Below are positions 39,701 through 53,664 of a DNA stretch of 64,000 nucleotides, piece after piece; the first letter of the stretch is position 1, and each line of letters opens with the position of its first letter. Below the pieces are notes generated by a model. It did no database searches and was not told the origin of the DNA. It was given only the letters and a program-made list of their open reading frames with translations. The position numbers were made by a program, and so were the translations under genes. Source of the stretch: Octopus sinensis (taxonomy: Eukaryota); NCBI RefSeq assembly GCF_006345805.1, contig NC_043014.1, positions 46,562,001-46,626,000 on the forward strand. Direction: 5' to 3'.

Positions 39701-42700
39701 TCAGGGTATTATTGTCAGCAGCGACTGGCGCTGGACAAAGCATGTCCCTAAAATTGTCAAGAAGGCCGAAGGTGTCTTGGCATCACTCAGCAAGACCTTT
39801 GTCAGCCACTCTCCAGCTATCTATTTAAGGCTGTATATGGCTATGGTGTGGCCACACTTGGAATTTGCATCACCAGTCTGGAACCCTTATCTTGCTCGGA
39901 CATTGACCTCCTGGAAATTTTTCAGAGATGTGCAACCAAGAAAATACCCTCCATCAGGCACCTACCATACTCTGAACGCCTTGCTTCCCTGAACATAGAT
40001 ACATTGAAGCTCCGACGTGTGGCAACTGACTTAGTAAACACCCACAAAACTATTAACCATCACACCAACAACCACCTTCAGCATCTTTTTGAGCTCCATG
40101 TGTCTAACTCACGTGGGCATGCCTACAAAAGTCAGAAAAAAAGCACGGCTCCCATGACTTTCAGAAACATTTTTTCATACTCAGAGTTGCTGAAGCAGGG
40201 AACAAACTGCCTGCATCCGTAGTTGGTTGCCAAGACATTGCATCCTTCACAACCTCCATGCTTCCTAAAATTCGCCAACGCTACACCTGATATCTCCCCC
40301 TCCATATGCATGCACACATGTATATCATGACTCTTACGCTTTAGAGGAACCCCTTTTCAGGTGCTTGTATTTGTGACAGTACTCTTTCAGTCCTTACCCA
40401 ACCTGCAAGACCATAAGCAAGGATAAACACAGAACCCTATATCTTTTAATCTCTAGCCCTTTTCTATTTCATGTTTCCCCTTATTGTCTTCCTATATTTT
40501 TACATTCTTCCCTCTTTCTACGCAATTTCCGTCGGATATGGTCTAATGTTGTTGTTCTTCTTGTTTTGATTTATTCTCTTTTCAGAATGTTTATCAAAAA
40601 CATTCCAGCAATGTTGTGGTACTTTGTGAAATGCATCTATTTTGCTCTGTCTGCACATCAAATTCGTTCAGGTTATCCAACCAGGATTCTTGGAAACTTC
40701 CTTACCAAAAATTATTCATACCTCAACTTGTTCCTGTTTAAAGGGTAAGCGCTTTCAGAACTTTCCTCCATTCATTTCTGCAACATCTTGTCATCTTGCC
40801 TCGACCTTTAATTTAACATAGACCGAATATTTGGTGTTGACATATCTGAACCTATTTCTTTATTACCCACAATGGGCTAAACACAGAGAGGACAGACAAG
40901 GAGATTAAGTCGATTACATCGACCCCAGTGCATAACTGGTACTTAATTTATCGACCCCGAAAGGATGAAAGGCAAAGTCGACCTCAGCGGAATTTGAACT
41001 CAGAACGTAACGACAGACGAAATATGGCTACGCATTTCGTCCGGCGTGCCAACGTTTCTGCCAGCTCACCGCCTTACATATCTGAACCGTATCTGAACCG
41101 TAAGGTGCCATTCTGTGTATAATTCTGCGGTTTACCATCTAGAAAATATTTGCTCCCATATTTAGACCAGAGTTTCAGGATCACTCATGACACTCACGTC
41201 GGGGTCACCAATTGTAAAAGGATGAGAGTTCAGGAACACTGGAGGGGTGTCCAATCTGATCTTGTCACATACAAGTTGAAGAAACGGAATCAAAGTCAGG
41301 CTGTCTTCAATAACAACAATAGTAGTTTATTCTGTGGTTCTCAGGTAAAACATATACATATGTATTTCCTGTGAGGAAACCGGCAGCCGAGTCCACAGGA
41401 CTGTTTACAAATGTTTACTTGTGTGAGCCAAGAAGATACGGTGTTCGTTGAGAGAAGTCGAGCCATGTCCGACCGCTAGCGCTGCTCTGCCAGAAAGACC
41501 GATTCAGTGGTCACGCTTTCAGGTTGCAGTTCCTGCGCATGCGCATACTTCTGGTGGCCAACCGGAAGTAATCCAATTCTGCGCATGCACGCTGAAACTT
41601 CCACTGTAGCATCACTACAACACTAACAAGGACAAAGGAACACATATAACGAACTCATTAGACTGTTACATAACTGACTGTTTGATACTTTCTAATCAGA
41701 GACATTTGTTGACAAATGGTTGGCCCTGTTTGATTTTTAGAGTGGAGAATACATCATCTAGGGAAGATATATATTCGAGTTGTGTCTTCAGTCTCTTTGA
41801 AAGATATGAGCAACTTCAGCTATTTTCAACATTGGACTGTCTTACATATAATATCTGTTTATAGCTAGCTAATAATTGCTGCTTTAGAGGCGTCTCTGTC
41901 TTTGCCGTTAACTCATTTGTAGCACTAATTAGGGGATATGAAATAAATTGTAGGGTGGTTAGTCCACATTGGGAGCATAGGGCTGGGCCAGTTTTCTTGT
42001 TTCTCTCACGTATGTATTTCTCCCCTGGATAGGACGCCAGTCAATTGCAGAATTACTCATTTTTACCTGCTGAGAGTGGACTGGAGCAACGTGAAATAAA
42101 ATGTTTTGCTCAAGAACACAACATGCAGCCTGGTCTGGGCTTCGAACTCACAACCTCACGATCGTAAGCTCGACGCTCTAACCACTGAGCCATGCACCTA
42201 TGTATACTTTCTCAATAAAAGCTGGTAATTCCTCAAAATATGCGACATTCATATGTCAAGCTAACAAGGCGCTCACAGGTTGCATAACTGAAATTTCATT
42301 CAATGCCTAGTTCTAAGATTATTGTGAAGTTCAAATTACTTGACTACAACAGCCAAATCACACTCTACTATCTTCAAAAGTTGAAAAGGAAAGGACACGT
42401 TGACTAATGTAGTTCTTGATACGCCTAAACAGGATGACCACGGTTGGAATGTTTTCAATCGTTGGGCAACTCTATCAGGGCTGACCCTAAAACTGACGAT
42501 AAATTTCTTCAAATCAGTAACAAGGGAGATTACTCTTTCTTACTGTTTACTACCCTTGATATCTTGTACGTTATACAGAAATTGAACTGAGACACTTGGA
42601 TTGCAGAAAATAAGGCGGCGAGCTGGCAGAAACGTTAGCACGCTGGACGAAATGCTTACAGGTATTTCGTCTGCCGTTACGTTCTGAGTTCAAATTCCGC

Positions 42701-44559
42701 CGAGGTCAACTTTGCCTTTCATCCTTTCAGGGTCGATAAATTAAGTACCAGTTCCGTCCTGGGGGTCGATGTAATGGACTTAATCTCTTTGTCTGTCCTT
42801 GTTTGTCCCCTCTGTGTTTAGCCCCTTGTGGGTAGTAAAGAAATAGGTATTTCCTCTGCTGCTATATTCTGAGTTCAAATTCTGCCGAGGTCGACTTTGC
42901 CTTTCATCCTTTCGGGGTCGATAAATTAAGTACCAGTTCCATACTGGGGTCGATGTAATCGACTTAATCCCTTTGTCTGTCCTTGTTTGTCCCCTCTGTG
43001 TTTAGCCCCTTGTGGGTAGTAAAGAAATAGGTATTTCGTCTGCCGTTACGTTCTGTGTTCAAATTCCGCCGAGGTCAACTTTGCCTTTCATCCTTTCGGG
43101 GTCGATAAATTAAGTACCAGTTACGTACTGGGGGGGGGGGGGGTCGATGTAATGGACTTAATACCTATGTCTGTCCTTGTTTGTCCCCTCTATGTTTAGC
43201 CCCTTGTGGGCAATAAAGAAATAAGAAAATACAATTCAGGAAACATTTAGACTAAGAATTTGCTAGAATTTCCAGTAGTTTTTAGCTTGTCCTTTCTACT
43301 GCTGGAGGAAGGAACGTTACCTATTCTAAGAAGTGGCCGTGTGACTAACAGCTATATTCAACATGGAGAGGGATGGTTAGTGATAATAAAAGAAAACAGT
43401 TGTTTCAGCATAAAAAAAAAATAGGAGACATCTCACCAATTCTGATGCGGTAAAAGTGTTGTAAAAGAACTATCAGATTCACTGTCCATTTTCTTGTCGC
43501 CTCCACCAACTCTGTTCTTTGTTTCAGGTTTCTCGTCATTCCATTCCTTCTGGAACTTCGTGCTCTCATGGACTGGATGTGGACAGACACCACCTTGGCG
43601 CTGGGCAGTTGGCTACAGATGGAAGATATCTATGCCAATATATTTGTTCTGAAGTGCTGGCGGCATGCCGAAGCTGTAAGTTTTCGTCTTGTACATGTTT
43701 ACCATTATTATTACTCTTACTCTTTTCACTCTTTTACTTGTTTCAGTCAGTTGACTGCGGCCATGCTGGAGCAGCGCCTTTAGTCGAGCAACTCGACCCC
43801 GGGACTTATTCTTTGTAAGCCCCAGTACTTATTCTATCGGTCTCTTTTGCCGAACTGTGTTTACCATTATTATTACTCTTACTCTTTTTACTCTTTTACT
43901 TGTTTCAGTCAGTTGACTGGGGCCATGCTGGAGCAGCGCCTTTAGTCGAGCAACTCGACCCCGGGACTTATTCTTTGTAAGCCCCAGTACTTATTCTATC
44001 GGTCTCTTTTGCCGAACCGTGTTTACCATTATTATTACTCTTACTCTTTTTACTCTTTTACTTGTTTCAGTCAGTTGACTGGGGCCATGCTGGAGCAGCG
44101 CCTTTAGTCGAGCAACTCGACCCCGGGACTTATTCTTTGTAAGCCCCAGTACTTATTCTATCGGTCTCTTTTGCCGAACCGTGTTTACCATTATTATTAC
44201 TCTTACTCTTTTTACTCTTTTACTTGTTTCAGTCAGTTGACTGGGGCCATGCTGGAGCAGCGCCTTAGTCGAGCAACTCGACCCCGGGACTTATTCTTTG
44301 TAAGCCCCAGTACTTATTCTATCGGTCTCTTTTGCCGAACGTGTTTACCATTATTATTACTCTTACTCTTTTTACTCTTTTACTTGTTTCAGTCAGTTGA
44401 CTGCGGCCATGCTGGAGCAGCGCCTTTAGTCGAGCAACTCGACCCCGGGACTTATTCTTTGTAAGCCCCAGTACTTATTCTATCGGTCTCTTTTGCCGAA
44501 CCGCTAAGTGACGGGAACATAAACACACCAGCATCGGTTGTCAAGCAATGCTAGGGGGA

Positions 44560-44605
<46 letters not shown>

Positions 44606-47600
44606 TATACACATATATATACGACGGGCTTCTTTCAGTTTCCGTCTACCAAATCCACTCACAAGGCATTGGTCGGCCCGGGGGCTATAGCAGAAGACAC
44701 TTGCCCAAGATGCCACGCAGTGGAACTGAACCCGGAACCATGTGGTTGGGAAGCAAGCTACTTACCACACAGCCACTCCTGCGCCTATTACGATTTATTT
44801 TAAAATCTAATTTTTATGTGTTAAAATCACTGTCAGGTTTCTTTTATTTTTTAAAATTGATTCATCATCATCTTCATCTTCATCATCATCAGCATCATTT
44901 AACATCCATATTCCATGCTGACATGACTGTGTTGAGCTCTATTGTCCGCTTTGGTATGGTTTCTACAGTTGGGTGCCCTTTCTAACATCAACCACTATAC
45001 AGAGTATACTGTGTGCTTTTTTCATGGCACTAGTAGGTAGTGGGTAGTGATTTTCTTCACTACTTCATGGAGTGATGACTCTGCCTGACACGAGTCCCGG
45101 GCTCAGCTGACTCTGGCTGACAGTACCTGGTATGGGCCCTTATCCAGGGTTATAGAAAGGAGACAACCTTCAAAGAAATCTGGAGTGGAGCCCCGTAGGC
45201 GGTTTAGTGTTCGACTGGACACTCTTCCGGCAGCTCCTGCAACCAAGCTGGTGCCAAACATAATGCTCAGCACTCCTTTGGACTACGTCAGCAAGGTCGA
45301 GAGAGGAATCCTGATGATTGGGCTACCCAGGATTTTCTTACATCTAGCCCAGGCCTGCGCAAAATTGGAGAGGACATGAAATGTAAAACCAGACTGGATT
45401 AGTTTATGCGCAACTCCATTGTCTCCCGAGACAAAAGGATGCCAATAAGTGAGGTCACCAGGTAACTCCTTTAACATAGTTTGGGGTGTAGTACTGAGAG
45501 TGGTGGCTTTGTGCCAGGTGCTGCTAGGCTAAAGTGTGATAATGGGACAGAAACAAGTGGTTCAGTTCAGGAATATGATAATCTTTAACATTACCTCACT
45601 TTTGTAGCTGTTGTTATGATTGATGTTGATTGCTATAACTTGGAGTTGTTGATATTGTTGTACTAGCAATTATAAGAAGTCGCAAAGACCTGTTGAGGCA
45701 AGTGAAATCAAAATCAAAGTGAAATTCGATGACTGGCACCCGTGCTAGTGGGGTGCGAAGAGCACCATACGAGTGTGAGCGTTGACAGAGCGGCTAACTG
45801 GCTTCCGTGCCAGTGACACATTAAAGGCACCATTCAAGTGTGATCTTTACCTATTTCTTTATTACCCACAAGGCTCTAAACATAGAGGGGACAAACAAGG
45901 ACAGACATAGGTATTAAGTCGATTACATCGACCCCAGTGCATAACTGGTACTTAATTCATCGACCCTGAAAGGATGAAAGGCAAAGTCGACCTCGGCGGA
46001 ATTTGAACTCACAACGTAACGCAGACGAAATACTGCTAAGCATTTCGCCCGGCGTGCTAACGTTTCTGCCAGCTTGCCGCCTTTTGATCTTTACCAGTGT
46101 GATCTTTACCAGCGTCGCCTTAATGGCACTTGTGTCCCGTGCTAGTAGGGTGCTAAGAGCACCATCCGAGCAGGATCATTGCCGGAGCGGGTAACTGGCT
46201 TCCGTGCCGGTGGCATGTAAAAGGCACCATTCAAGTGTGATCTTTACCAGCGTCGCCTTACTGGCACCTGTGCTGTTGGCATGTATAAAAAGATTCGAGC
46301 AAGGTCGTTGCCAGTACCGCCTGACTGGCCCCCGTGCCGGTGCCACATAAAAGCACCCACTACACTCTCGGAGTGGTTGGCATTAGGAAGGGCATCCAGC
46401 TGTAGAAACTCTGCCAGACCAAGATTGGAGCCTGGTGCAGCCATCTGGTTCGCCAGTCCTCAGTCAAACTGTCCAACCCATGCTGGCATGGAAAGCGGAT
46501 GTTAAACGATGATGATGATGATGATGATTAACTTTGAAATGTTTGTTACTTTTGTTGTCAGACCCTTTGAAATAATTGCTTTATATCACAATGCTTGTTA
46601 TCTTACAGACGTACCCTACCCCTCGAGCCCTTAAGAGAAAGTCAACTATCAAATATGGAGTAGGAGGTCTGCTGCTACTATTAATCATTTTCATCATTTG
46701 GTTCCCCTTGGTGCTATTTTCCTTTGCTAACACTGTTTATGAAGTCAATCCACCCAAAACATGTACTGTCAGGATTTCCCTGGGTGGTTATCAAGTAAGT
46801 GTACTCTTCCTTTCAATGCCTCTTAGGCCTTTTCTCTTTAAATTATCATGGCTAAGTATAATTAATAGCGTTAACCATTTTGTTACTAACTCGGCCAAAA
46901 CCAGCTCTGGCTCTGTAGTGCAAATGTCTTGTTTTCATAAGTTTTGAACAGAAATCTTCTACCAAACCTTAGTCACAATTTATGTCCCTAACACAAGCTG
47001 AATGATAACTAAGTTATTTTACTAAATTCTTTGTTATAATTAAAATAAATTGAAAGAAACAGAGCATCTCAAAATAAATACGGTAACGAATGGGTTAAAA
47101 TATATAACAGAGAAATAATTCTTAACCCTTTTAACACCAACCCTGCTGAAACCACTTCTGGCTCTGTTGTACAAATGTCTTGTTTACATAAGTTTTGAAT
47201 TAAAATCTTCCACCAAACCTTAGTCACAATTTATGTCCCTAACACAAGCTGAATGATAACTAAGTTATTTTACTAAATTCTTTGTTATAATTGAAATAAA
47301 TTGAAAGAAACACAGAGCATCTCAAAATAAATACAGTAACGAATGGGTTAAATATATAATAGAGAAATAATTTTTAAGAAATTTTAAATCTAATTCTTTT
47401 CTGACATTTAGCATTTTTTTAAAGATCCTTTAGCATTCACATTACTTTTTCAAATGTAATGCTTTTTTATTCACATTTTTTTGAATTAATCATGGATTTT
47501 CATGTAGCTTAGAGATTTTGATGAAGTAACTGTTAATTTTCAGAATGACATTGTAGGGTTGGTGTGAGAGGCCAGATCTGGCCAGTTTGACCATAAAACA

Positions 47601-50200
47601 GGGGAGAATATTTTGGCCGGATATGGCCGGTTTGAATGTGCTAAACAGTTAGATTTAATTAATCTGCAGTGTTCCTTCTCGACCCATGCCTGGCTCATAA
47701 GGGCCGGTTTCCCGGTTTCTTTGGCGTATAGGTTCCCCATCTGGACTGGACGCCGGTCCGTCGCAGGTGAGCTGCAAGATGCAGGAGGAAAAAGTGGGAG
47801 AAAGATGTGGCGAAAGAGTCAGAGAAGTTCGCCATTACCTTCTGCCGGAGCCGCGTGGAGCTTAGGTGTTTCACTCATAAACACACATATCGCCCGGGCT
47901 GAGATTCGAACCCGCGATCCCTCGACCGCGAGTCCGCTGCTCTAACCACTAGGCCATGTGCCTCCACAATCTGCAGTGTAGAACTGGATGTTAAATTAAT
48001 ATCAATGGTTAATGATATTAAATTTCAAAGAAGTATGGAGCTTGTGCGCCTCCTCTTCACAAACTTATTAGTTGATGAAATAAATGTTATCACTTCACAT
48101 ATGAAGGACTGGTATACTATATGGAAATACTGTAGGTTTTATAGGAGTATTTTGACAGATGCTGAAAAGCAGGGGTGTCGTATATAAATGTGGGAATGTA
48201 AAATGTGAAATATAAGAGTATAAACTTAGATATGTTTCGACCAAAGATTGGTCCAGGCCATGTCTAACTTAATAGCACCACCTGATAGGATTATCTAAAT
48301 CCTGTTTAAGTCAAGTTTTGTTTATGGTCCATTCAAGAAGTGAGTTTTTGTTGGGTGAGTTGTATCCAATTAAGGGTGGCTTATCTGGTATTCCTTGAAG
48401 GAATCTATCCAGACTTCGTTTAAAGTTGATGGGATCCTTTTCCTCTTTGATCTCTTTTGGGACAATGTTAAATAGGGCAGGGCCTGTTGAGGAAAAGAAA
48501 TTATGTTGCAGTGTACATGTATGCTGTGATCTTGAATTGGGCAGGGGACGTATGGCCCGTGGAAATTATGTTGCAGTGTACATGTATGCTGTGATCTTGA
48601 ATTGGGCAGGGGACGTATGGCCCGTGGAAATTATGTTGCAGTGTACATGTATGCTGTGATCTTGAATTGGGCAGGGGACGTATGGCCCGTGGAAATTATG
48701 TTGCAGTGTACATGTATGCTGTGATCTTGAATTGGGCAGGGGACATACTGCATGAAACAGTAAAAATGCACAATCTAAGTCAGGATGTTTACTTTTCTTG
48801 CTTTTTTTTTTGTTTTTTTTTTTCCAGCCCCTGTTCAAAATGACAGCACAGCAAGCAGACATTTTCCCATTAGATGAATCACAATACAAGCTTCTACACA
48901 AATACTATGATACGAGTCCTGTAAGTCAATGTCTGACCATTTTGTCCTTAATACAGCTTTTTAATTCACAATTGCTCTTTACCATTCTAATTATTATTAT
49001 TATTCTAATTATTATTATTATTATGTTTTTTCCTTCTTTCTTCAAATTTTCTTCCTTTTCTCGCCGAGTGTTTTTCATACACCTAGGGCAGAGAAGGGCA
49101 TTGTATGCATTCCCAGATTACACGCGCAAATAAATAAATTCATGGATGGATGTTATTTTCACAGCAATAGTGCTCTTCTCAGTACATGAGCCGTTCCAGT
49201 TAACACGATTTTTTGCACTTCTTGTAGGGATGGTAAGCCTGGAATCATTTTCAAATAGGTTTCAGTACCTTTTTTTTATCATTCCTAGAGATCCTACAAT
49301 CACTGGTACTGTAGTCGCCTTGAGGTACCACATTTTTTCAATTTCTATAGCAGGTCTTTATATTTACTAATCTTGTCAAATTCTTTCGCCGCTATATTGT
49401 GATCACAGGGATATTATTATTATTATTGTTATTATTTTTATTGTTATTATTATAAGGGAGTGAGTTGGCAGAATCGTTAGCACGCTGGATGAAATGCTTA
49501 GTGTTTTTTCACCCGTCGCTATGTCCTGAGTTCAAATTCCGCTGAGGTTGACTTTGTCTTTCATCCTTCCGGGGTCGATAAAATAAGTACCAGTACCAAA
49601 TTTCAGGCTTTGTGCCTTTAGTTGAAAGGATTGTTATTGTAATTATTTAAGGTGGCGAGCTGGCAGCGCCGTTAGCACACTGGATGAAACGCTTAGTGGT
49701 ATTTCACTTGTTGCTCCATTCTGGGCTCACATTCCGCCGAGGTTGACCGCCTTTCATTCTTTCGGAGTCAATAAAATAATTACCAGTTGAAGAGTGGGGT
49801 CAATGTAATCAACTCGTCCCCTCCCCCAAAATTGCTACCCTTGTGACAAAATTTGAAATCATCATTATTATTAGGAGTGACTGTGTGGTAAGTAACTTGC
49901 TTACCAACCACATGGTTCTGGGTTCAGTCCCACTGCGTGGTACCTTGGGCAAGTGTCTTCTACTATAGCCTCGGGCCGACCAAAGCCTTGTGAGTGGATT
50001 TGGTAGACGGAAACTGACAGAAGCCCGTCGTATATATGTATATATTAGGTAGGTACAATAAATTCAGAGTGAATGCTTGATAAATGTAAGCACCTAGTAG
50101 CATAGGTGAGAGGATATATGTATCAAAGGAAATAGAATGAAAAACAGGACACAAAGGATGTCGTCCTGTTTTTCATTTTATTTCATTTGATACATATATA

Positions 50201-50257
<57 letters not shown>

Positions 50258-51198
50258 TTTGACCGACCAGTCCGTCAGGCGTCCATTTGACACCGCTGGT
50301 CACAGCACGTTGTCCACTCCTCTCTGGATCGCGCCTTTCTCATCCACGTGATCCCAATCGTCCTCTTGAAATCGTCACTCCAATATATATATATATATAT
50401 TTATATATATTCATATGTCTGTATATCTGTGTTGGTCCCCCAACATCGCTTGACAACCGATGCTGGTGTGTTTACGTCCCCGCAACTTAGCAGTTCGGCA
50501 AAAGAGACCGATAGAATAAGTACTCGGCTTACAAAGAATAAGTCCTGGGGTCGATTTGCTCGACTAAAAGTGTTGCTCCAGCATGGCCGCAGTCAAATGA
50601 CTGAAACAAGTAAAAGAATAAAGAGTATTGCTAGTAAGATGTTTTAGTTTCAAGATTTATGCTAATATTCAGAATCTCTCCCTTTTTTCCATTCAAAGTA
50701 TCCCTATTTTGCTTTCTGCCGTCTCTCTTCTCTCTGTCTTACATTCATACTAACTCCTTACATATTATAATAATCACATCTATAAATACGTACATACTTC
50801 CGAAACAGAGAGCCAGCAGTTTTCTAACCAGCTATGACCCAGAAGATATTACAATAATCACTATCAACGGCGAATCAACGTCTGTGTGGGGGATAAGTCC
50901 ACCAAGTCAGAAGAAGCTCATTCGTGACCTCATGGAGGCCAAACATATGGACATGGATCTTGATGTCTCGTTTACAAGGTAACTGCTTTTTTCATGATTT
51001 TATTTTTCTTTTTTTTAAAGAATCTTTAGTATAGGCGCAGGAGTGGCTGTGTGGTAAGTAGCTTGCTGACCAACCACATGGTTCCGGGTTCAGTCCCACT
51101 GCGTGGCATCTTGGGCGAGTGTGTTCTGCTATAGCCCCGGGCTGACCAATGCCTTGTGAGTGGATTTGGTAGACGGAAACTGAAAGAAGCCTGCCGTA

Positions 51199-51242
<44 letters not shown>

Positions 51243-53633
51243 AAATAAGAAAATGGAGAAATACACCTTAATCAATAATCAACTACCAGATAATACCCAA
51301 TCACATAATTTATTAAACCACTACATATGAACATCAAGGTCAAACATAATAGTATAGAACAAAACAATGCACATCAATGAGTAATATGATACAATAAGTA
51401 CAGTATGTATAAGTGATTATAAATAAATACAAATATAAATATAAACTATATCTTACAGCTGTTTCAGCCATGCAGATATGGTATCTCATTATGCTCGTAT
51501 TAGCCAGGTGTGTGGGTTGCACTCACAACCCCTATCTCAATTTGTATATATATATATGTGTGTGTGTGTTTGTGTGTCTGTGTTTGTCCTCCCAGCATTG
51601 CTTGACAACCGATGCTGGTGTGTTTACGTCCCCGTTACTTAGCGGTTCGGCAAAAAGAGACCGATAGAATAAGTACTGGGCTTACAAAAGAATAAGTCCC
51701 GGGGTCGATTTGCTCGACTAAAGGCGGTGCTCCAGCATGGCCGCAGTCAAATGACTGAAACAAGTAAAAGAGTAAAAGAGAGTATAGCTGGCAAAATGCT
51801 TACTGGGATTTCATTGGTTTTTGCATTCTGGGTTCAGGTTCTGCCAGCATTGACTTTGCATCTCATCCTTTCGGCAGGGTCAATAAAATAAGTACCTGTT
51901 GATACTAGGGTTGATGTAATCGACTTACCCCACTCCCTCAAAATTGCTGGCCTTGTGCGAAAATTTGAAGCCATTATTACATAGTGGTGAAATGACTGAA
52001 TATATAAGCTTGCAAGATGAGCTATAGCATCACGTTGGAGTATCATGGTTTTCAGTTCAAATCCTTTACTAGCATCTAATGTATGTTTTTAATTGTTTTG
52101 GGTCGGACATGGTAAATAAAGTGGGTCCCAGTTTTACTTAAAAATCACGATGGCAGCGTATCATCAGGGTTAAGTCATCATCTGCTTTGTTAGAAATCCA
52201 AGTCTCATGAGCCCACGTGCCTGTTTGATGGTAGGTTGTTCTGTTAGGGCGGCGAGCTGGCAGAATCGTTAGCATGCCAGGCGAAATGTTTTGCGGTATT
52301 TCGTCTGCCGTTACGTTCTCAGTTCAAATTCCGCTGAGGTCGACTTTGCCTTTCATCCTTTCGGGGTCGATTAAATAAGTACCAGTTACGCACTGGGGTC
52401 GATATCATCGACTTCACCCGTTTGTCTGTCCTTGCTTGTCCTCTTTATATTTAGCCCCTTGTGGGCAGTAAAGAAATAGGTATTTCGTCTGCCGCTATGT
52501 TCTGAGTTCAAATTCCGCCGAGGTCGACTTTGCCTTTCATCCTTTCGTGGTCGATTAAATAAGTACCAGTTACGCACTGAGGTCGATATAATCGACTTAA
52601 TCCGTTTGTCTGTCCTTGCTTGTCCTCTTTGTATTTAGCCCCTTGTGGGTAGTAAAGAAATAGGTATTTCGTCTGCCGCTACGTTCTGAGTTCAAATTCC
52701 ACCGAGGTCGACTTTGCCTTTCATCCTTTCGGGGTCGATTAAATAAGTACCAGTTGCGCACTGGGGTCGATATAATCGACTTAATCCATTTGTCTGTCCT
52801 TGTTTGTTCCCTCTGTGTTTAGCCCCTTGTGGGCAATAAAGAAATAGGTAGGTTGTTCTGTAATCTGTTATAGGCTGATTGTTGTACTAACTAAAACGAT
52901 TGTTCCACCTTTTTCTCTCTTCAGAGGTAAGAGATCACCTCAGTCTCCAGGCACCTTTTCTAAGCAGTTTCAAGTCAGCCTCACCAATGACACCTCAAGA
53001 AAACTTGCTCAACTCATCAGTGGTGGAAACTCAAGTCAACTGGTGTAAGTAGTTTCAATCCATTCATTGTCTGACCAAATGTGTTTATTTTTAATATTTT
53101 ATATGTTTTTCATAGGCGCAGAAGTGGCTGTGTGGTAAGTAGCTTGTTTACCAACCACATGGTTCCGGGTTCAGTCCCACTGCGTGGCTTCTTGGGCAAG
53201 TGTCTTCTTCTAAAGCCTCAGGCCGACCAAAGCCTTGTGAGTGGGTTTGGTAGATGGAAACTGAAAGAAGCCTGTCGTATATATGTATATATATATGTGT
53301 GTGTGTGTGTGTTTGTGTATCTCTGTTTGTCCCTCTAGCATTGGTCTCTCATTTACTATGTGTTTTTGGAGATGAAATACTTGGCAGTCTTGTGTGAAAC
53401 CCTGGAAGGTGTCCTGCATAGGGTGTCTGGAGTGGCTTCATAAAGATGCACTACCAGACTTCACAAGTAAAAGTGGGAGGAAGCAGAGAAGAGAAAGAAA
53501 GATGGAAACAAACAGATAAAGAAAGCTGTATTTAAATTCATTCAATGACAGAAGAGAACGGTAGTGATGACGACGACAATGATGATGATGATGATGATGG
53601 TGACTGATGCCTCCACCACTGCAACTGATACCG

Positions 53634-53664
<31 letters not shown>

